From positions 640,001-704,000 of the forward strand of contig OZ244197.1 of assembly GCA_965216785.1 (NCBI GenBank): a stretch of 64,000 bases of DNA, in the 5' to 3' direction. The notes under the pieces are model-generated. The model worked only from the letters and a program-made list of their open reading frames with translations. It ran no database searches and was not told the origin of the DNA. This document shows positions 41,564 through 52,154 of the stretch, piece by piece (the stretch's first letter is position 1; each line of letters begins with the position of its first letter). A program made the position numbers and the translations under genes. This DNA comes from Thermodesulfobacteriota bacterium (GTDB taxonomy: Bacteria > Desulfobacterota_D > UBA1144 > Nemesobacterales > UBA2774).

Positions 41564-43681
41564 TTAGGAAGTACCCAATTCTTCGAGAGATATATCTTCA
41601 AAATGAGTGATTTTGTCCTTTCCTTCGTTCTTTGACTCGTATAGCGCACGGTCTGCTTTTTCTATGAGCTCTTCACGCTCCGAGCCGTTATTGGGGTAAG
41701 TCGCTATTCCAATACTTAGAGTTAAAACGAGCTCGTCCCCTTTAAACTTGAGTGGAATTTTCTTAAGATTACTCCTTATCTTTTCAGCGACTATTAGGGA
41801 GCCTCTTTTATCAGTATCCGGGAGGATTACCGAGAATTCATCCCCGCCGTAACGTGCCGAAATATCGACTCTCCTGAGTGTCTGAGATATGACGGTGCCG
41901 ACTGATGAGAGGGCTGAGTCCCCCGCGCGGTGACCGTAGTTGTCGTTAATGGATTTTAAGTCGTCCAGGTCTATGATAAGTAAAGATGCCTGAGAGGAAT
42001 AGCGCTCGGAGTGCGCTAGGGTATAAGTAAGCATCTCTTGAAAATGACGATGGTTATAGAGACCGGTGAGTCCGTCCTTAATGGCAAGCTCTTTCACCAT
42101 AAGGTAATTGAATGTGGCCGAAATAGACTTTGAGGCCTCGCTGCATATGATTTTTGTGAGGCTTATCTCTCCTTCAGTGAACGGAACTTTAGATTTCCTA
42201 CCCAGGATTACGCATCCTATTACATTATCTTCCACATCCGACTGCTCGGAAATATTCTCGAAAAGAGGATAAATGAGAATGGATTTAATATTTTTCATTC
42301 CCAGAGCAAAGTCGACTTCCTTACCGAATATGCTCCTGAATTTTGACCTAGAGCTAAGGTCATCGGAATGAAAATACTTTCCGTTATCGTCAACAAGACC
42401 TATAAGCGTATTGTAATGGGGTATTTCACTCCCTTCTACGTGCTTCTGAGACTCTCCGTTAACGCGCCTGAGGACGCTGCCCTGCTCTTCACTCTCTAAA
42501 ATCGCGAGCCCGAAGAAATCGGCTTCGAACAGTCCCTCCATGGTTTCCATTATGTGATCCATGATCACGTCAGCGTTCTGTGTGGAGTGAAGCTTCTGGG
42601 TAAAATCGTAGTAGGAGTTTAGCTCCTTTGAGCTTAGCTTAACTTTTTCTGAGAGCTGGAAGCGGTCTATAATCTCCACAATTCTCTCTGAGATAAGAGA
42701 AACAATAAGCTTTTCTTTCTCATTGAACGCTTTGGGATCGAGACTGTCTACAACTAGCAGGCCAAAGATTTCCTGATCCTCTTGGGTCAGGTTTTTTTCG
42801 GGCTTCATGAAAAGAGGCGTGGCGAGAAGGGATTTTATTGCTACGTCCCTTGTGTAGTAGATCAGGTTCTTTCTTATATTTTTTACGTTCGTTATATGAG
42901 CCTGGGTCTTGGTCTTAAGGACCCAGCCCATGTAACCCCCTCTGAAGTTCAGGCACTGCCCCTTATCTATGTAGTCTTCTGTTTTAGAGACTGCGTCTGA
43001 AAGGAGAAACATCCCGTCGTCCATCCTAATATAGAGAACGACGCTGTGATTAGGGACAAGCTCTCCCAAAATCTTCATCGAGTCCATGATTTCACTCTTA
43101 AGCTGCTTTACATTTACCGCTTCGTTCTGCTCGTCTTTGTAAGTGTCCACGCTTATCAAACCGGAAAGGGGCGAGGAGCTAACAGCATCTCGGTTAATGA
43201 AAAATGAGCTGAGACCTCCTTTTCCCCCTTTAACTAAAAGCCCCAATAACCCTGTAGAAAGAATGAGAAAAAGTATCTCGTACGGGAGCTGCGAAGAGGG
43301 GTTACGTGTAATCTGTAGTATGGAAATAATAACAAGCGAGAGACCCCCGCCTATCCATCCGACGTAGAGCGTAACAGCGGGAAGAATGATATAAGCTAGA
43401 GGGAATAGACCATTTCCTAAAATTTCAAGAAATACCTCGAACAGTATAGTAACGAGGAGCGTGAGCTCTAGCTTTTGAGATAAAGAGCCCTGTCGTAAAC
43501 CGCTTTTTATGTATGAGTAAGCTTTGTAAGAGATTGCGGACACTAAAAGTAAGAACACTAATATAGAAAAAACATTAAGACTTGCGAATCCGCCTCTATA
43601 TATAAGCACTAAAGTGAGAACCGATAGAAGTAAGGTAAACACTTTACCAGAAACGCCGCCGGGGAGTTTCATGTTAGTCAT
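41564..43681 (-). CDS. Membrane-anchored diguanylate cyclase (multi-TM, GAF, GAF, GGDEF)
   Basis: DGLTGLYN, RRVD I-site, RYGGDEF, ADRALY; hydrophobic N-terminal about 150 aa; start overlaps or abuts the ftsB stop. Confidence 0.9.
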   Translation of the reverse strand: MTNMKLPGGVSGKVFTLLLSVLTLVLIYRGGFASLNVFSILVFLLLVSAISYKAYSYIKSGLRQGSLSQKLELTLLVTILFEVFLEILGNGLFPLAYIILPAVTLYVGWIGGGLSLVIISILQITRNPSSQLPYEILFLILSTGLLGLLVKGGKGGLSSFFINRDAVSSSPLSGLISVDTYKDEQNEAVNVKQLKSEIMDSMKILGELVPNHSVVLYIRMDDGMFLLSDAVSKTEDYIDKGQCLNFRGGYMGWVLKTKTQAHITNVKNIRKNLIYYTRDVAIKSLLATPLFMKPEKNLTQEDQEIFGLLVVDSLDPKAFNEKEKLIVSLISERIVEIIDRFQLSEKVKLSSKELNSYYDFTQKLHSTQNADVIMDHIMETMEGLFEADFFGLAILESEEQGSVLRRVNGESQKHVEGSEIPHYNTLIGLVDDNGKYFHSDDLSSRSKFRSIFGKEVDFALGMKNIKSILIYPLFENISEQSDVEDNVIGCVILGRKSKVPFTEGEISLTKIICSEASKSISATFNYLMVKELAIKDGLTGLYNHRHFQEMLTYTLAHSERYSSQASLLIIDLDDLKSINDNYGHRAGDSALSSVGTVISQTLRRVDISARYGGDEFSVILPDTDKRGSLIVAEKIRSNLKKIPLKFKGDELVLTLSIGIATYPNNGSEREELIEKADRALYESKNEGKDKITHFEDISLEELGTS

Positions 43682-43943
43682 CAAATCTATAGACTTTTTC
43701 ACCTTTTTTTATCATCCCTAACTCTTCTCTGATAATTTTTTCTACATACTGTTTGTCTTCTTCAATGAAACTTATTTTCCTTCTGAGCTCTTCATTCTCA
43801 ATTACCAGCTCTTTTGTTTCCATTTTAATTTTTTCGTTCTCTGTATGCAGCGCGTACACATGGGAAATCTCCCTTGCGAATACATAGACCAGAAGCGAAA
43901 CAACGCCCATGATAAGAAGGGCTCTTATAATTATTCTTTCCAT
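43674..43943 (-). CDS. ftsB: Septum formation initiator FtsB/DivIC
   Basis: Single TM + coiled coil + EKIIREELGMIKKGEKVY. Confidence 0.85.
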   Translation of the reverse strand: MERIIIRALLIMGVVSLLVYVFAREISHVYALHTENEKIKMETKELVIENEELRRKISFIEEDKQYVEKIIREELGMIKKGEKVYRFDD

Positions 43944-43944
43944 T

Positions 43945-44589
43945 TTATAATATTAAAAGATCTCCTGCAATAAAGGGGTTTGACCTTCTCTCTATACCTA
44001 TTGTCGTTGAAGGACCGTGCCCCGGGTGTACGGCGTAAGAATCCGGCAGAGCCATGAGCTTTGCTTTGATAGAGCCGACAAGTTCTCTCATGGACGTGCC
44101 GCCTGTAAGGTCTACTCTGCCCACGCTGCCCGCAAACAGAGTGTCGCCCGAGATAACCTGATCGTCAATTACAAGACAGATGCTCCCCCAGGTATGTCCT
44201 GGAGTATGTAGAACTTTTGCTTTGAGTGAGCCGATTTCAATTTCATCACCCTCTTCGATATAACCGTCTATCTTGGGCACCTTCACATCGCCGAACTGAG
44301 GGAAGCGCTGAGCCGATTCGGGCAGTGCCTTAAGCACCGGCTCTTCTTCGGGGTGAAGATAAAACTTCACACCTAGAGCCTCTTTAGCCTGCTGCACGCC
44401 AGCTACATGATCTATGTGAGTATGGGTGTTGACTATCTTTGTAATGTTTACTCCGGACTCTTGAATCTCTTGTAGAACCTCTTCAATCTGCTCACCGGGA
44501 TCGATTAAAATCGCCTCGTTAGTATCTTCGTCTCCGAGGATATAGCAGTTGGTGAGGAATACTCCTCCCGGTATACACTTAATGATCAT
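43945..44589 (-). CDS. MBL-fold metallo-hydrolase (glyoxalase II/YcbL-like)
   Basis: THTHIDH, HTPGHT, GDTLF, PGHG. Confidence 0.9.
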   Translation of the reverse strand: MIIKCIPGGVFLTNCYILGDEDTNEAILIDPGEQIEEVLQEIQESGVNITKIVNTHTHIDHVAGVQQAKEALGVKFYLHPEEEPVLKALPESAQRFPQFGDVKVPKIDGYIEEGDEIEIGSLKAKVLHTPGHTWGSICLVIDDQVISGDTLFAGSVGRVDLTGGTSMRELVGSIKAKLMALPDSYAVHPGHGPSTTIGIERRSNPFIAGDLLIL

Positions 44590-44604
44590 AATTTTTAAAC
44601 TCCC

Positions 44605-44886
44605 TCATATATATTCAATCCTGAAATCTTGAGACTCACCCTCAGGCGGTTCCCAGTTTATGCTTACATGTTTAACGACAGCCTGTGCGGGACCAATGCG
44701 GCACCACTCGATTATGCTGTCTATTCGATCTCCTTCGCCCTCAGCCATTATTTCAACGGAACCGTCGGAGTTATTTCTTACCCATCCACTTAATTCCAAC
44801 TCTTGGGCTTTTTGCTGGGCCGAAGCTCTGAAAAAAACTCCCTGAACTCTGCCGTGAATTAAAAGATGTACTCTCTTATTTTCCAT
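44605..44886 (-). CDS. acyP: Acylphosphatase
   Basis: GRVQGVFFR, GWVRNNSDGSVE; start moved to ATG 44886. Confidence 0.93.
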   Translation of the reverse strand: MENKRVHLLIHGRVQGVFFRASAQQKAQELELSGWVRNNSDGSVEIMAEGEGDRIDSIIEWCRIGPAQAVVKHVSINWEPPEGESQDFRIEYI

Positions 44887-45143
44887 ATCTCTCGCAGAGA
44901 TTAACAAAACCAGAAATTAGTGTCAAAAAACACAAGCTCTGTAAAATAATTTATGACCGATCTTTAAGGACTTAGGCGTATACATTAAAGAATAGCTTTA
45001 ATGTATACCCTACATTATTTTTTCTAAATATACCAGGGGTAGATATAATTATTTTAATGTAACTCCCGATAATAGATAAAAACGACAAAGGCCCGATTGT
45101 ATATGTTTGACAGTCAAAATACGAAGGTGTATTTTCTTTAGCT

Positions 45144-46481
45144 ATGAATGAGTATAAATCCTGGTTTAGCTGTATAGACGATGAGTGCGGAGAGACTTAT
45201 CCTCTTGATGAAATAATTTATCGCTGCAAAAAGTGCGGAAACCTCTTGGAAGTAAGACATGACACCAACGCATTAAAAGAAAAATCCGCGCAGGAATGGA
45301 AAGATATATTCGATGGCCGCTACCGAAGGCAGCTATGGCCCCACGGCAGCTCTGTATGGGGTAAGAAGGAATGGGTTTGCCCGTTTGTTGAAGACGACAA
45401 TATAGTTTCTATGTATGAAGGGGCTACGAACCTTTTCTGGGCTGAGAGATTCGGGAAGCAGATCGGGATGGAAGATATATGGATTAAAATGTGCGGAAAC
45501 AGTCATACCGGATCGTTTAAGGACCTGGGCATGACTGTGCTGGTATCGGTTGTGAAGCAAATGATGGCACAAGGTAAAAACGTACCGGCGGTGGCTTGCG
45601 CGTCTACCGGAGACACATCCGCCGCGCTTGCGGCCTACTGTGCCTCGGCGGACATTCCGGCAATTGTGTTTCTGCCCAAAGATAAAGTATCGATCGCGCA
45701 ATTGGTACAGCCCATTTCAAACGGGGCGCTTGTACTTTCACTGGATACGGATTTTGACGGCTGCATGGAAATGGTGCAGAAAGTGTGCACTGAAAATAAT
45801 ATTTATCTCGCAAATTCGATTAACTCGCTCAGGATAGAAGGCCAGAAGACGATAAGCATTGAGCTGTGCCAACAGTTTGATTGGGAGGTACCCGACTGGA
45901 TTATAATACCTGGCGGGAATCTGGGAAATATCTCGGCTCTCGGAAAAGGGTTCCTCATCATGAAAGATCTCGGGCTCATCGATAAGCTCCCGAGGCTGGT
46001 ATGCGCGCAGGCCGAGCACGCAAACCCCTTATATCTGAGCTACCTGAATAACTTTGAGGATTTCCACCCGGTAAAAGCAAAGAAAACCCTGGCAAACGCG
46101 ATACAGATAGGTAACCCCGTGAGTGTAAATAAAGCGATAAACATACTAAAGCAGTTTGACGGCATCGTGGAGCAGGCAAGCGAGGACGAGCTTGCGAATG
46201 CCGCGGCTCTGGTAGACAAGACAGGGACATTTAATTGCCCTCATACTGGAGTAGCGCTTGGAGCCTTTTTAAAACTTAAGGAAAAGGGCGTGTTCGATCC
46301 CAATGACAGGGTCGTAATCATATCCACCGCGCACGGGCTTAAGTTTGTCGAGTTTAAGATCGGCTACCATAAAAAAGAGCTTGAAGACGTCTACTCAAAA
46401 TACGCCAATACCCCGCTTGAGCTTCCTGCGGATTACGACACTGTAAGGGACGCTATCTTTAATAGAATATCTTCAAATTGA
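45144..46481 (+). CDS. thrC: Threonine synthase
   Basis: [10 protein letters not shown] (PLP lysine), [17 protein letters not shown]; N-terminal Cys pairs. Confidence 0.93.
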   Translation: MNEYKSWFSCIDDECGETYPLDEIIYRCKKCGNLLEVRHDTNALKEKSAQEWKDIFDGRYRRQLWPHGSSVWGKKEWVCPFVEDDNIVSMYEGATNLFWAERFGKQIGMEDIWIKMCGNSHTGSFKDLGMTVLVSVVKQMMAQGKNVPAVACASTGDTSAALAAYCASADIPAIVFLPKDKVSIAQLVQPISNGALVLSLDTDFDGCMEMVQKVCTENNIYLANSINSLRIEGQKTISIELCQQFDWEVPDWIIIPGGNLGNISALGKGFLIMKDLGLIDKLPRLVCAQAEHANPLYLSYLNNFEDFHPVKAKKTLANAIQIGNPVSVNKAINILKQFDGIVEQASEDELANAAALVDKTGTFNCPHTGVALGAFLKLKEKGVFDPNDRVVIISTAHGLKFVEFKIGYHKKELEDVYSKYANTPLELPADYDTVRDAIFNRISSN

Positions 46482-46525
46482 GCGCCTAGCGTAAGAGCCC
46501 GCAAAATAATTTTGGTGAATAAGCC

Positions 46526-47161
46526 ATGAAAAAGAGCCTAAGAGGTCTATACGCAATTACGGATAAAAAGTTAATTGCCAGAGAGAGTTTTTTAGAAGCG
46601 GTAGAGAAAGCGCTCGCAGGCGGAGCAAGCATAATACAGCTTAGAGAAAAGGAAACTGATAAAGAAGAGCTAATAAAACTCGGAAAAGATCTTCTTAGTA
46701 TTACAAAGAGTTACGGAGCGCCGCTTATTATTAACGACAGTCCGGAGATTGCACTGGAGATCGGGGCCCAAGGCGTTCACCTGGGTGAGTACGACTGCAC
46801 TATAGAATACGCAAGAAGCGTTCTTGGAGAAGAAGCAGTAATCGGCGTCTCTTGCTACGGGCTGATTGAGAGGGGACTTAACGCACAGCGCGAAGGGGCG
46901 GATTACGTGGCTTTCGGTACGCCTTATTTTACTCCTACTAAACCGGACAGGGCGCCTACATCTGTAGATGTGTTAAAGGAGGCCGCTGTGAAAATTAAGA
47001 GAATCCCGATATTCGCAATCGGCGGGATTACAGCGGATAACGCCCGGACTATTATGGAAACCGGCGTAGACGGAATTGCGGTTATAACATCCATATTCGG
47101 CTCTGATGACCCGGAGCAGGCAGCAAGAGAGCTTAGCACAGCGGCTCGCGCACGCAAGTGA
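46526..47161 (+). CDS. thiE: Thiamine-phosphate synthase
   Basis: LYAITD, QLREK, IIND, GVHLG, TPTK, AIGGI. Confidence 0.93.
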   Translation: MKKSLRGLYAITDKKLIARESFLEAVEKALAGGASIIQLREKETDKEELIKLGKDLLSITKSYGAPLIINDSPEIALEIGAQGVHLGEYDCTIEYARSVLGEEAVIGVSCYGLIERGLNAQREGADYVAFGTPYFTPTKPDRAPTSVDVLKEAAVKIKRIPIFAIGGITADNARTIMETGVDGIAVITSIFGSDDPEQAARELSTAARARK

Positions 47162-47169
47162 TATATAGA

Positions 47170-48258
47170 TTAGTAAGCGTCAGAGAAATCTTTCCCCTTT
47201 CTTTTAGCACCTACCCTTTCAGCTAGCGCATGAGTGACAAGAGGTAAAGCAATCGTTGCGTCGCAGTAGCACTGTACAAGGCTGCCCCGCGGGTCTTCTT
47301 TCCCCCATGACACCGCTTCATCAAACGTGCACCCTGAGAGCCCTCCCCACTGAGGCGAGTCGGTAGTTATTTGAATAGCATACTTGTGGGGATAATATGT
47401 CTCCTGATCGCCCGTGCCCTTTCTGTTTAACCCTGGGTCTCTGTTGGGCACAATCCTGTTCTCGTACATAAGATCGCCCGTAACCGCAAAGAGCTGAATA
47501 AAATCTTTCGGCACTCCGCCCCCAATATAAATGACACCCGTATCTACTACATTTTCGCCTAAAGTCATAAATTCCGTATAGTCTTTTATGGCGTCTATTG
47601 TGAGACTGAATCCTTTACTCTTGGCAATGAGCGCGGCGTCGCCGTAAGGGCTGTCGGCAATCGCCGGGCAGAAAATCGGGACTCCGTGCTCTGAGGCTTT
47701 GGCGACTATGCTGTCGATACCTTTAGCTCTCAGCCACTTTCCACACTCAAACAGAAATTCTCTTGAGGAATAATTGTAGTCTTCTTTTAACGTCATAATG
47801 AATTGTGCAAGGAGCTCAGTCATCTCTAGATAATCAGTTTCCTTGCCATATACGTCGTAGTACCTATTGAGCCCTTCCTTAAATAGGAGCTCATTGTCCT
47901 CAGTAGGCGAGCCCTGCCAGTAGTCAAAACCCATGGCGTCGATAATGTCTTCAGAGATGTTAGCTCCGGTCGGAACGAGTATGTCGATATAGCGGTTCTC
48001 AATGAGCCAGTTGATTATCTTCCACTGCCCTGTCGTGGAGAGTGAGCCTGTATACCCGAGAAGGATTGTCGCGTCCTCATCTTTTACCATCTTCTCGAGT
48101 ACGTCCACTACACGAGCCAGGCTCTTTCCCTGAAAGCCCGTTTGCGCCATTTCGGAAAGGAGCTCCGATACCGTTTTAGGGGCAGCAACTTCAATTGCCT
48201 TTACTTTATCCCCAAGTAAATTCCCGTATCCGGCTCCATCGTTTTTCTCATTAGCCAT
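47170..48258 (-). CDS. Deoxyhypusine synthase-like protein
   Basis: GGGVPKDF, YAIQITTD, GGLSGCTFDEAVSWGK, DATIALP; SD GGAGG before ATG 48258. Confidence 0.9.
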   Translation of the reverse strand: MANEKNDGAGYGNLLGDKVKAIEVAAPKTVSELLSEMAQTGFQGKSLARVVDVLEKMVKDEDATILLGYTGSLSTTGQWKIINWLIENRYIDILVPTGANISEDIIDAMGFDYWQGSPTEDNELLFKEGLNRYYDVYGKETDYLEMTELLAQFIMTLKEDYNYSSREFLFECGKWLRAKGIDSIVAKASEHGVPIFCPAIADSPYGDAALIAKSKGFSLTIDAIKDYTEFMTLGENVVDTGVIYIGGGVPKDFIQLFAVTGDLMYENRIVPNRDPGLNRKGTGDQETYYPHKYAIQITTDSPQWGGLSGCTFDEAVSWGKEDPRGSLVQCYCDATIALPLVTHALAERVGAKRKGKDFSDAY

Positions 48259-48379
48259 GTGATTTACTACCTCCGTTAAATGCATATCTTGATCACAACA
48301 GATATCAAGAAGCGTTTGAAGATACCTGAGAGGATGCAAATTTCAAAAAAGACAGGGATTTTGTTTCCGGAGCCTGGGA

Positions 48380-50866
48380 TCAGACGACAATATTCACCAG
48401 TTTTTTGGGAACGACTATGACTTTTCTGGGCTCTTTTCCGGACAGGTGTTTAATCACTTTCTCGTCAGAAAACGCAGCCTCTTTCATCTGCTCCTGATCT
48501 GAGTCGGGGTCCATGGCGATCTGGCTCCTTACCTTGCCGTTTACCTGCACGACAACGTTTATGGAGGCGCTTGAGATAAGCTCCTTGTTCCAAGGGAGCC
48601 AAGGTTTTTCCACAAGCGATTCAGCGTAGCCAAGGTTTTCCCAGAGCTCCTCTGCGACATGCGGAGCCATAGGGTAAAGGAGTCTTGCCATGGCTTCTAT
48701 GGATTCCTTAAGCACTAAAGCGTCATCATCTACTTCAGGCTTGAAGCGGGATGTGTCGTTCAGAAGTTCCATGACGGCTGCGATGGCGGTATTGAACTGG
48801 AACCTTTCAAGATCGTCCGTGACCTTCTTTATGGTTTTATGCACTTTGGTGAGAAGCTCTTTGGCGCTCCCCGATAGCTTGTCTACTTTGTAGGATTCAT
48901 CTTTAAGACCTTCAATTTTAGGCATGGTCTCATGAATGAGTCTCCAGAGGCGGTTAAGAAATCTGAATGCTCCCTCCACCCCCTCCTCACTCCAGTCAAG
49001 ATCCTTTTGCACGGGCGCTGCAAAAAGCATAAACAGCCTCACTGTGTCCGCGCCGTAAATCTTTATCATATCGTCAGGGTCCACTACATTGCCGAGGGAC
49101 TTTGACATTTTCGCTCCGTCTTTAATTACCATTCCCTGGGTTAGGAGATTCGTGAAGGGCTCGTCCAAATCGCACAAATCGAGGTCTCTTAGGGATTTCG
49201 TGAAGAACCTGGCGTAAAGCAGATGCAGGATCGCGTGCTCGATGCCCCCGATGTACTGATCCACAGGGAGCCAGTATGAAACATCGCTCTTGGAGAATAT
49301 AGCTTTTTCGTCATGGGGTGAGGCGTAGCGGAGGAAATACCATGAGGACTCTACAAAGGTGTCCATGGTATCGGTCTCGCGTCTTGCCTGCTCCCCGCAC
49401 TCAGGGCAGCTGACGTTTACGAAACTTTCTACTTTTGAAAGAGGAGACCCACCTTTGCCCGTGAATTCAATATCGAGCGGAAGCTCTACAGGGAGGTCTT
49501 CGTCGGGGACCGGAACCGGTCCGCAGGAGCCGCAGTAAATGATAGGGATCGGTGTGCCCCAGTAGCGCTGACGGGAAATTCCCCAGTCACGGAGCCTGAA
49601 ATTTATCTGTTTTCTACCGATTCCATTATCCTCGGAGTATTCGATGACCTTTTCTTTGCCCTCTGTGGATTGGAGTCCTGTAAACTCGCCCGAGTTGACC
49701 ATGACCCCAGGCTCTTCATAGGCCTCTGTCATATCATCTGCGCTCAGGTCCTGACCCTCGGGGGATATCACAACCTTTATGGGAAGACCATATTCGGTGG
49801 CGAATTCAAAATCTCTCTGGTCGTGCGCGGGAACACACATAATGATTCCTGTACCGTACTCTACGAGTACGAAGTTTGCTATATATATGGGTATCTCATC
49901 CCCCGTAAAAGGGTTAGTGCAATAAGAGCCCGTGAATATGCCTTCTTTTTTCGCCCCTTCTCCGATCCTCTCTAAATTGCTTTCCATTTTGACCCTGTTT
50001 ATAAAAGAAACCGCTTCTTTTTCCTCCGCTTTTCCTTTTATTAATTCCTCTGCAAGAGGATGCTCCGGGGCTATGCTCATATACGTAACGCCGTAAACAG
50101 TATCCGGGCGGGTGGTAAATATTTTTAGGCTCTTTTCCCCGGCAATCGGGTCAACAAGAGGAAATTCGATTTCGACCCCGGTGCTCTTGCCGATCCAGTT
50201 CTTCTGCATGGAAAGCACTCTTTCGGGCCAGCCCGACTTTAACTTATCGGCCCAATCGAGCAGCTCCTGGGTGTATTCTGTGGTTTTGAAGAACCAGCCG
50301 TTCATTTCCTTGAGCTCGACTTCAGAGCCGCAGCGCCAGCAAAGTCCGTCCTCTACCTGCTCGTTTGCGAGCACGGTTTCACAAGAAGGGCACCAATTGA
50401 CGGTGGTCGATTTCTGATAGGCAAGACCTTTCTTGAGCATATGTGTAAAAACCATCTGCTCCCATTTGTAGTAAGAGGGATCGCACGTCGCAATCTCTCT
50501 TGACCAGTCGTAGCTGAACCCGAGCAGTTTTAACTGCTCTTTCATCTGAGAGATATTCTGATAGGTCCATTTCGCGGGATGCACGCCACGCTCGATCGCC
50601 GCGTTCTCAGCAGGGAGACCAAAGGCGTCCCAGCCTATCGGGTGGATGACGTTAAGACCCTTTGTTCTTTTATAGCGCGCTATTACATCGCCTATCGTGT
50701 AATTGCGTACGTGGCCCATGTGAATACGGCCCGAGGGGTAGGGGAACATCTCGAGTACGTAGAACTTCTCTTTATCCTGATCAACTGAGACTGTGTACAG
50801 ATCCCGCTCGTCCCAGTACTTCCGCCATTTATTTTCAATATCATGCGCGTTATAGCTCTCTTTCAT
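48380..50866 (-). CDS. leuS: Leucine--tRNA ligase
   Basis: [36 protein letters not shown]. Confidence 0.98.
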   Translation of the reverse strand: MKESYNAHDIENKWRKYWDERDLYTVSVDQDKEKFYVLEMFPYPSGRIHMGHVRNYTIGDVIARYKRTKGLNVIHPIGWDAFGLPAENAAIERGVHPAKWTYQNISQMKEQLKLLGFSYDWSREIATCDPSYYKWEQMVFTHMLKKGLAYQKSTTVNWCPSCETVLANEQVEDGLCWRCGSEVELKEMNGWFFKTTEYTQELLDWADKLKSGWPERVLSMQKNWIGKSTGVEIEFPLVDPIAGEKSLKIFTTRPDTVYGVTYMSIAPEHPLAEELIKGKAEEKEAVSFINRVKMESNLERIGEGAKKEGIFTGSYCTNPFTGDEIPIYIANFVLVEYGTGIIMCVPAHDQRDFEFATEYGLPIKVVISPEGQDLSADDMTEAYEEPGVMVNSGEFTGLQSTEGKEKVIEYSEDNGIGRKQINFRLRDWGISRQRYWGTPIPIIYCGSCGPVPVPDEDLPVELPLDIEFTGKGGSPLSKVESFVNVSCPECGEQARRETDTMDTFVESSWYFLRYASPHDEKAIFSKSDVSYWLPVDQYIGGIEHAILHLLYARFFTKSLRDLDLCDLDEPFTNLLTQGMVIKDGAKMSKSLGNVVDPDDMIKIYGADTVRLFMLFAAPVQKDLDWSEEGVEGAFRFLNRLWRLIHETMPKIEGLKDESYKVDKLSGSAKELLTKVHKTIKKVTDDLERFQFNTAIAAVMELLNDTSRFKPEVDDDALVLKESIEAMARLLYPMAPHVAEELWENLGYAESLVEKPWLPWNKELISSASINVVVQVNGKVRSQIAMDPDSDQEQMKEAAFSDEKVIKHLSGKEPRKVIVVPKKLVNIVV

Positions 50867-51003
50867 TGTGCACTCGCCTGCCGTGAAATTTTTATTAGGA
50901 TAGATTTATTTGGAAGAAACTCAAGGAGTACCCAAAGATTTAGTTTATATAGCATAGCGGTTTTGATATTACGCGGTCTTGTATTATATTAGGTGGCATC
51001 GGG

Positions 51004-51801
51004 ATGAGTAATAAAAATAACGAACTTGAAGAGATCGTTTCTGAGCTTGCAACATATCTAAAGTTTCAAAAAGATATGGGAATAAAGAGTGTATTCAGAG
51101 GCATAAATGATATAAGCGAGCCTGTAAAGAATGAAGAGAGGAAACAAAGTAAAAAGCCCGAGCCTGAGAGCCAAATGAGTACGAACGAAGATATAATCAC
51201 AATAGAAGAGCCCTCAACGCTTTTTGACGCCGGAAAAACCATGACCCTTGAGGAAATCCGCGAGGAGATCGGAGACTGTACCAGGTGTCAGCTGCATGAG
51301 GGTAGGACTAACCTGGTATTCGGAGACGGAGACCCAAAGGCAAGGCTGGTTTTTGTGGGAGAGGGTCCCGGGCGTGACGAGGATATGCAGGGAAAACCCT
51401 TTGTCGGTAGATCGGGTCAGCTGCTTACTAAAATCATAGAAGCTATGGGGCTTACCAGGGAACAGGTTTACATATGTAATGTAGTAAAGTGCCGCCCGCC
51501 CAATAACAGAACCCCCGAGCCTGATGAGATGACTACCTGCGAGCAGTTCCTGTTTAAGCAGATCCGCACTATTAAACCTGAAGTAATAGTATGTCTTGGA
51601 GCGACTGCCGCAAAGTCTATACTTAAAACTAAAAACAGCCTCGGGAGCTTGAGAGGGAAATTTCACAGCTACAGCGGAACGAAACTTATGGTAACATACC
51701 ACCCAGCGGCGCTGCTTCGGAATCCTCATTTTAAGAAACCGGCCTGGGAGGATATGCAGGCCGTAATGAGGGAGCTTGGTCTCCCGCTCCCTAAGAAATA
51801 G
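51004..51801 (+). CDS. Uracil-DNA glycosylase family 4 (Fe-S)
   Basis: CTRCQL, VGEGPG, NVVKCRPPNNR, TYHPAALLR. Confidence 0.92.
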   Translation: MSNKNNELEEIVSELATYLKFQKDMGIKSVFRGINDISEPVKNEERKQSKKPEPESQMSTNEDIITIEEPSTLFDAGKTMTLEEIREEIGDCTRCQLHEGRTNLVFGDGDPKARLVFVGEGPGRDEDMQGKPFVGRSGQLLTKIIEAMGLTREQVYICNVVKCRPPNNRTPEPDEMTTCEQFLFKQIRTIKPEVIVCLGATAAKSILKTKNSLGSLRGKFHSYSGTKLMVTYHPAALLRNPHFKKPAWEDMQAVMRELGLPLPKK

Positions 51802-51808
51802 ACGACCG

Positions 51809-51885
51809 GGGCGATTAGCTCAGTGGATTAGAGCGCAGGCCTCCGAAGCCTGAGGTCGGGGGTTCGAATCCCCCATCGCCCGCCA
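51809..51885 (+). tRNA. tRNA-Arg(CCG)
   Basis: Acceptor GGGCGAT/ATCGCCC-G-CCA; D-arm GCTCAGTGGATTAGAGC; anticodon stem CAGGC/GCCTG with loop CTCCGAA; T-loop TTCGAAT. Confidence 0.96.
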
Positions 51886-52154
51886 TTGTTTTTCTGAAAG
51901 TTTGGAGGGGTTTATGGCAACTATTAAATTACCTTCTGATGGACTTTTAATGTCACTAGAGTCTTAATACGCGTCTAAGTACTGCACCCCATTTGTCAAG
52001 CCCGGTTTAAACTGGAATTATGACCTGCCGTATACATAGTTTCCCGTAAGAAATTTAACCTATGAATCCATTACAGGGAGACAGGTCATTTTGGAGGTAT
52101 TTGTATTTTTTATCGTCATATGATACTAGTTATTCTACTTTATCACATTGGAGG

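Noticed and set aside
46482-46525. TPP riboswitch before thiE; T-box or attenuator before leuS, gltX, trpE or thrC
   Set aside because: The predicted leaders are too short and lack the conserved motifs.
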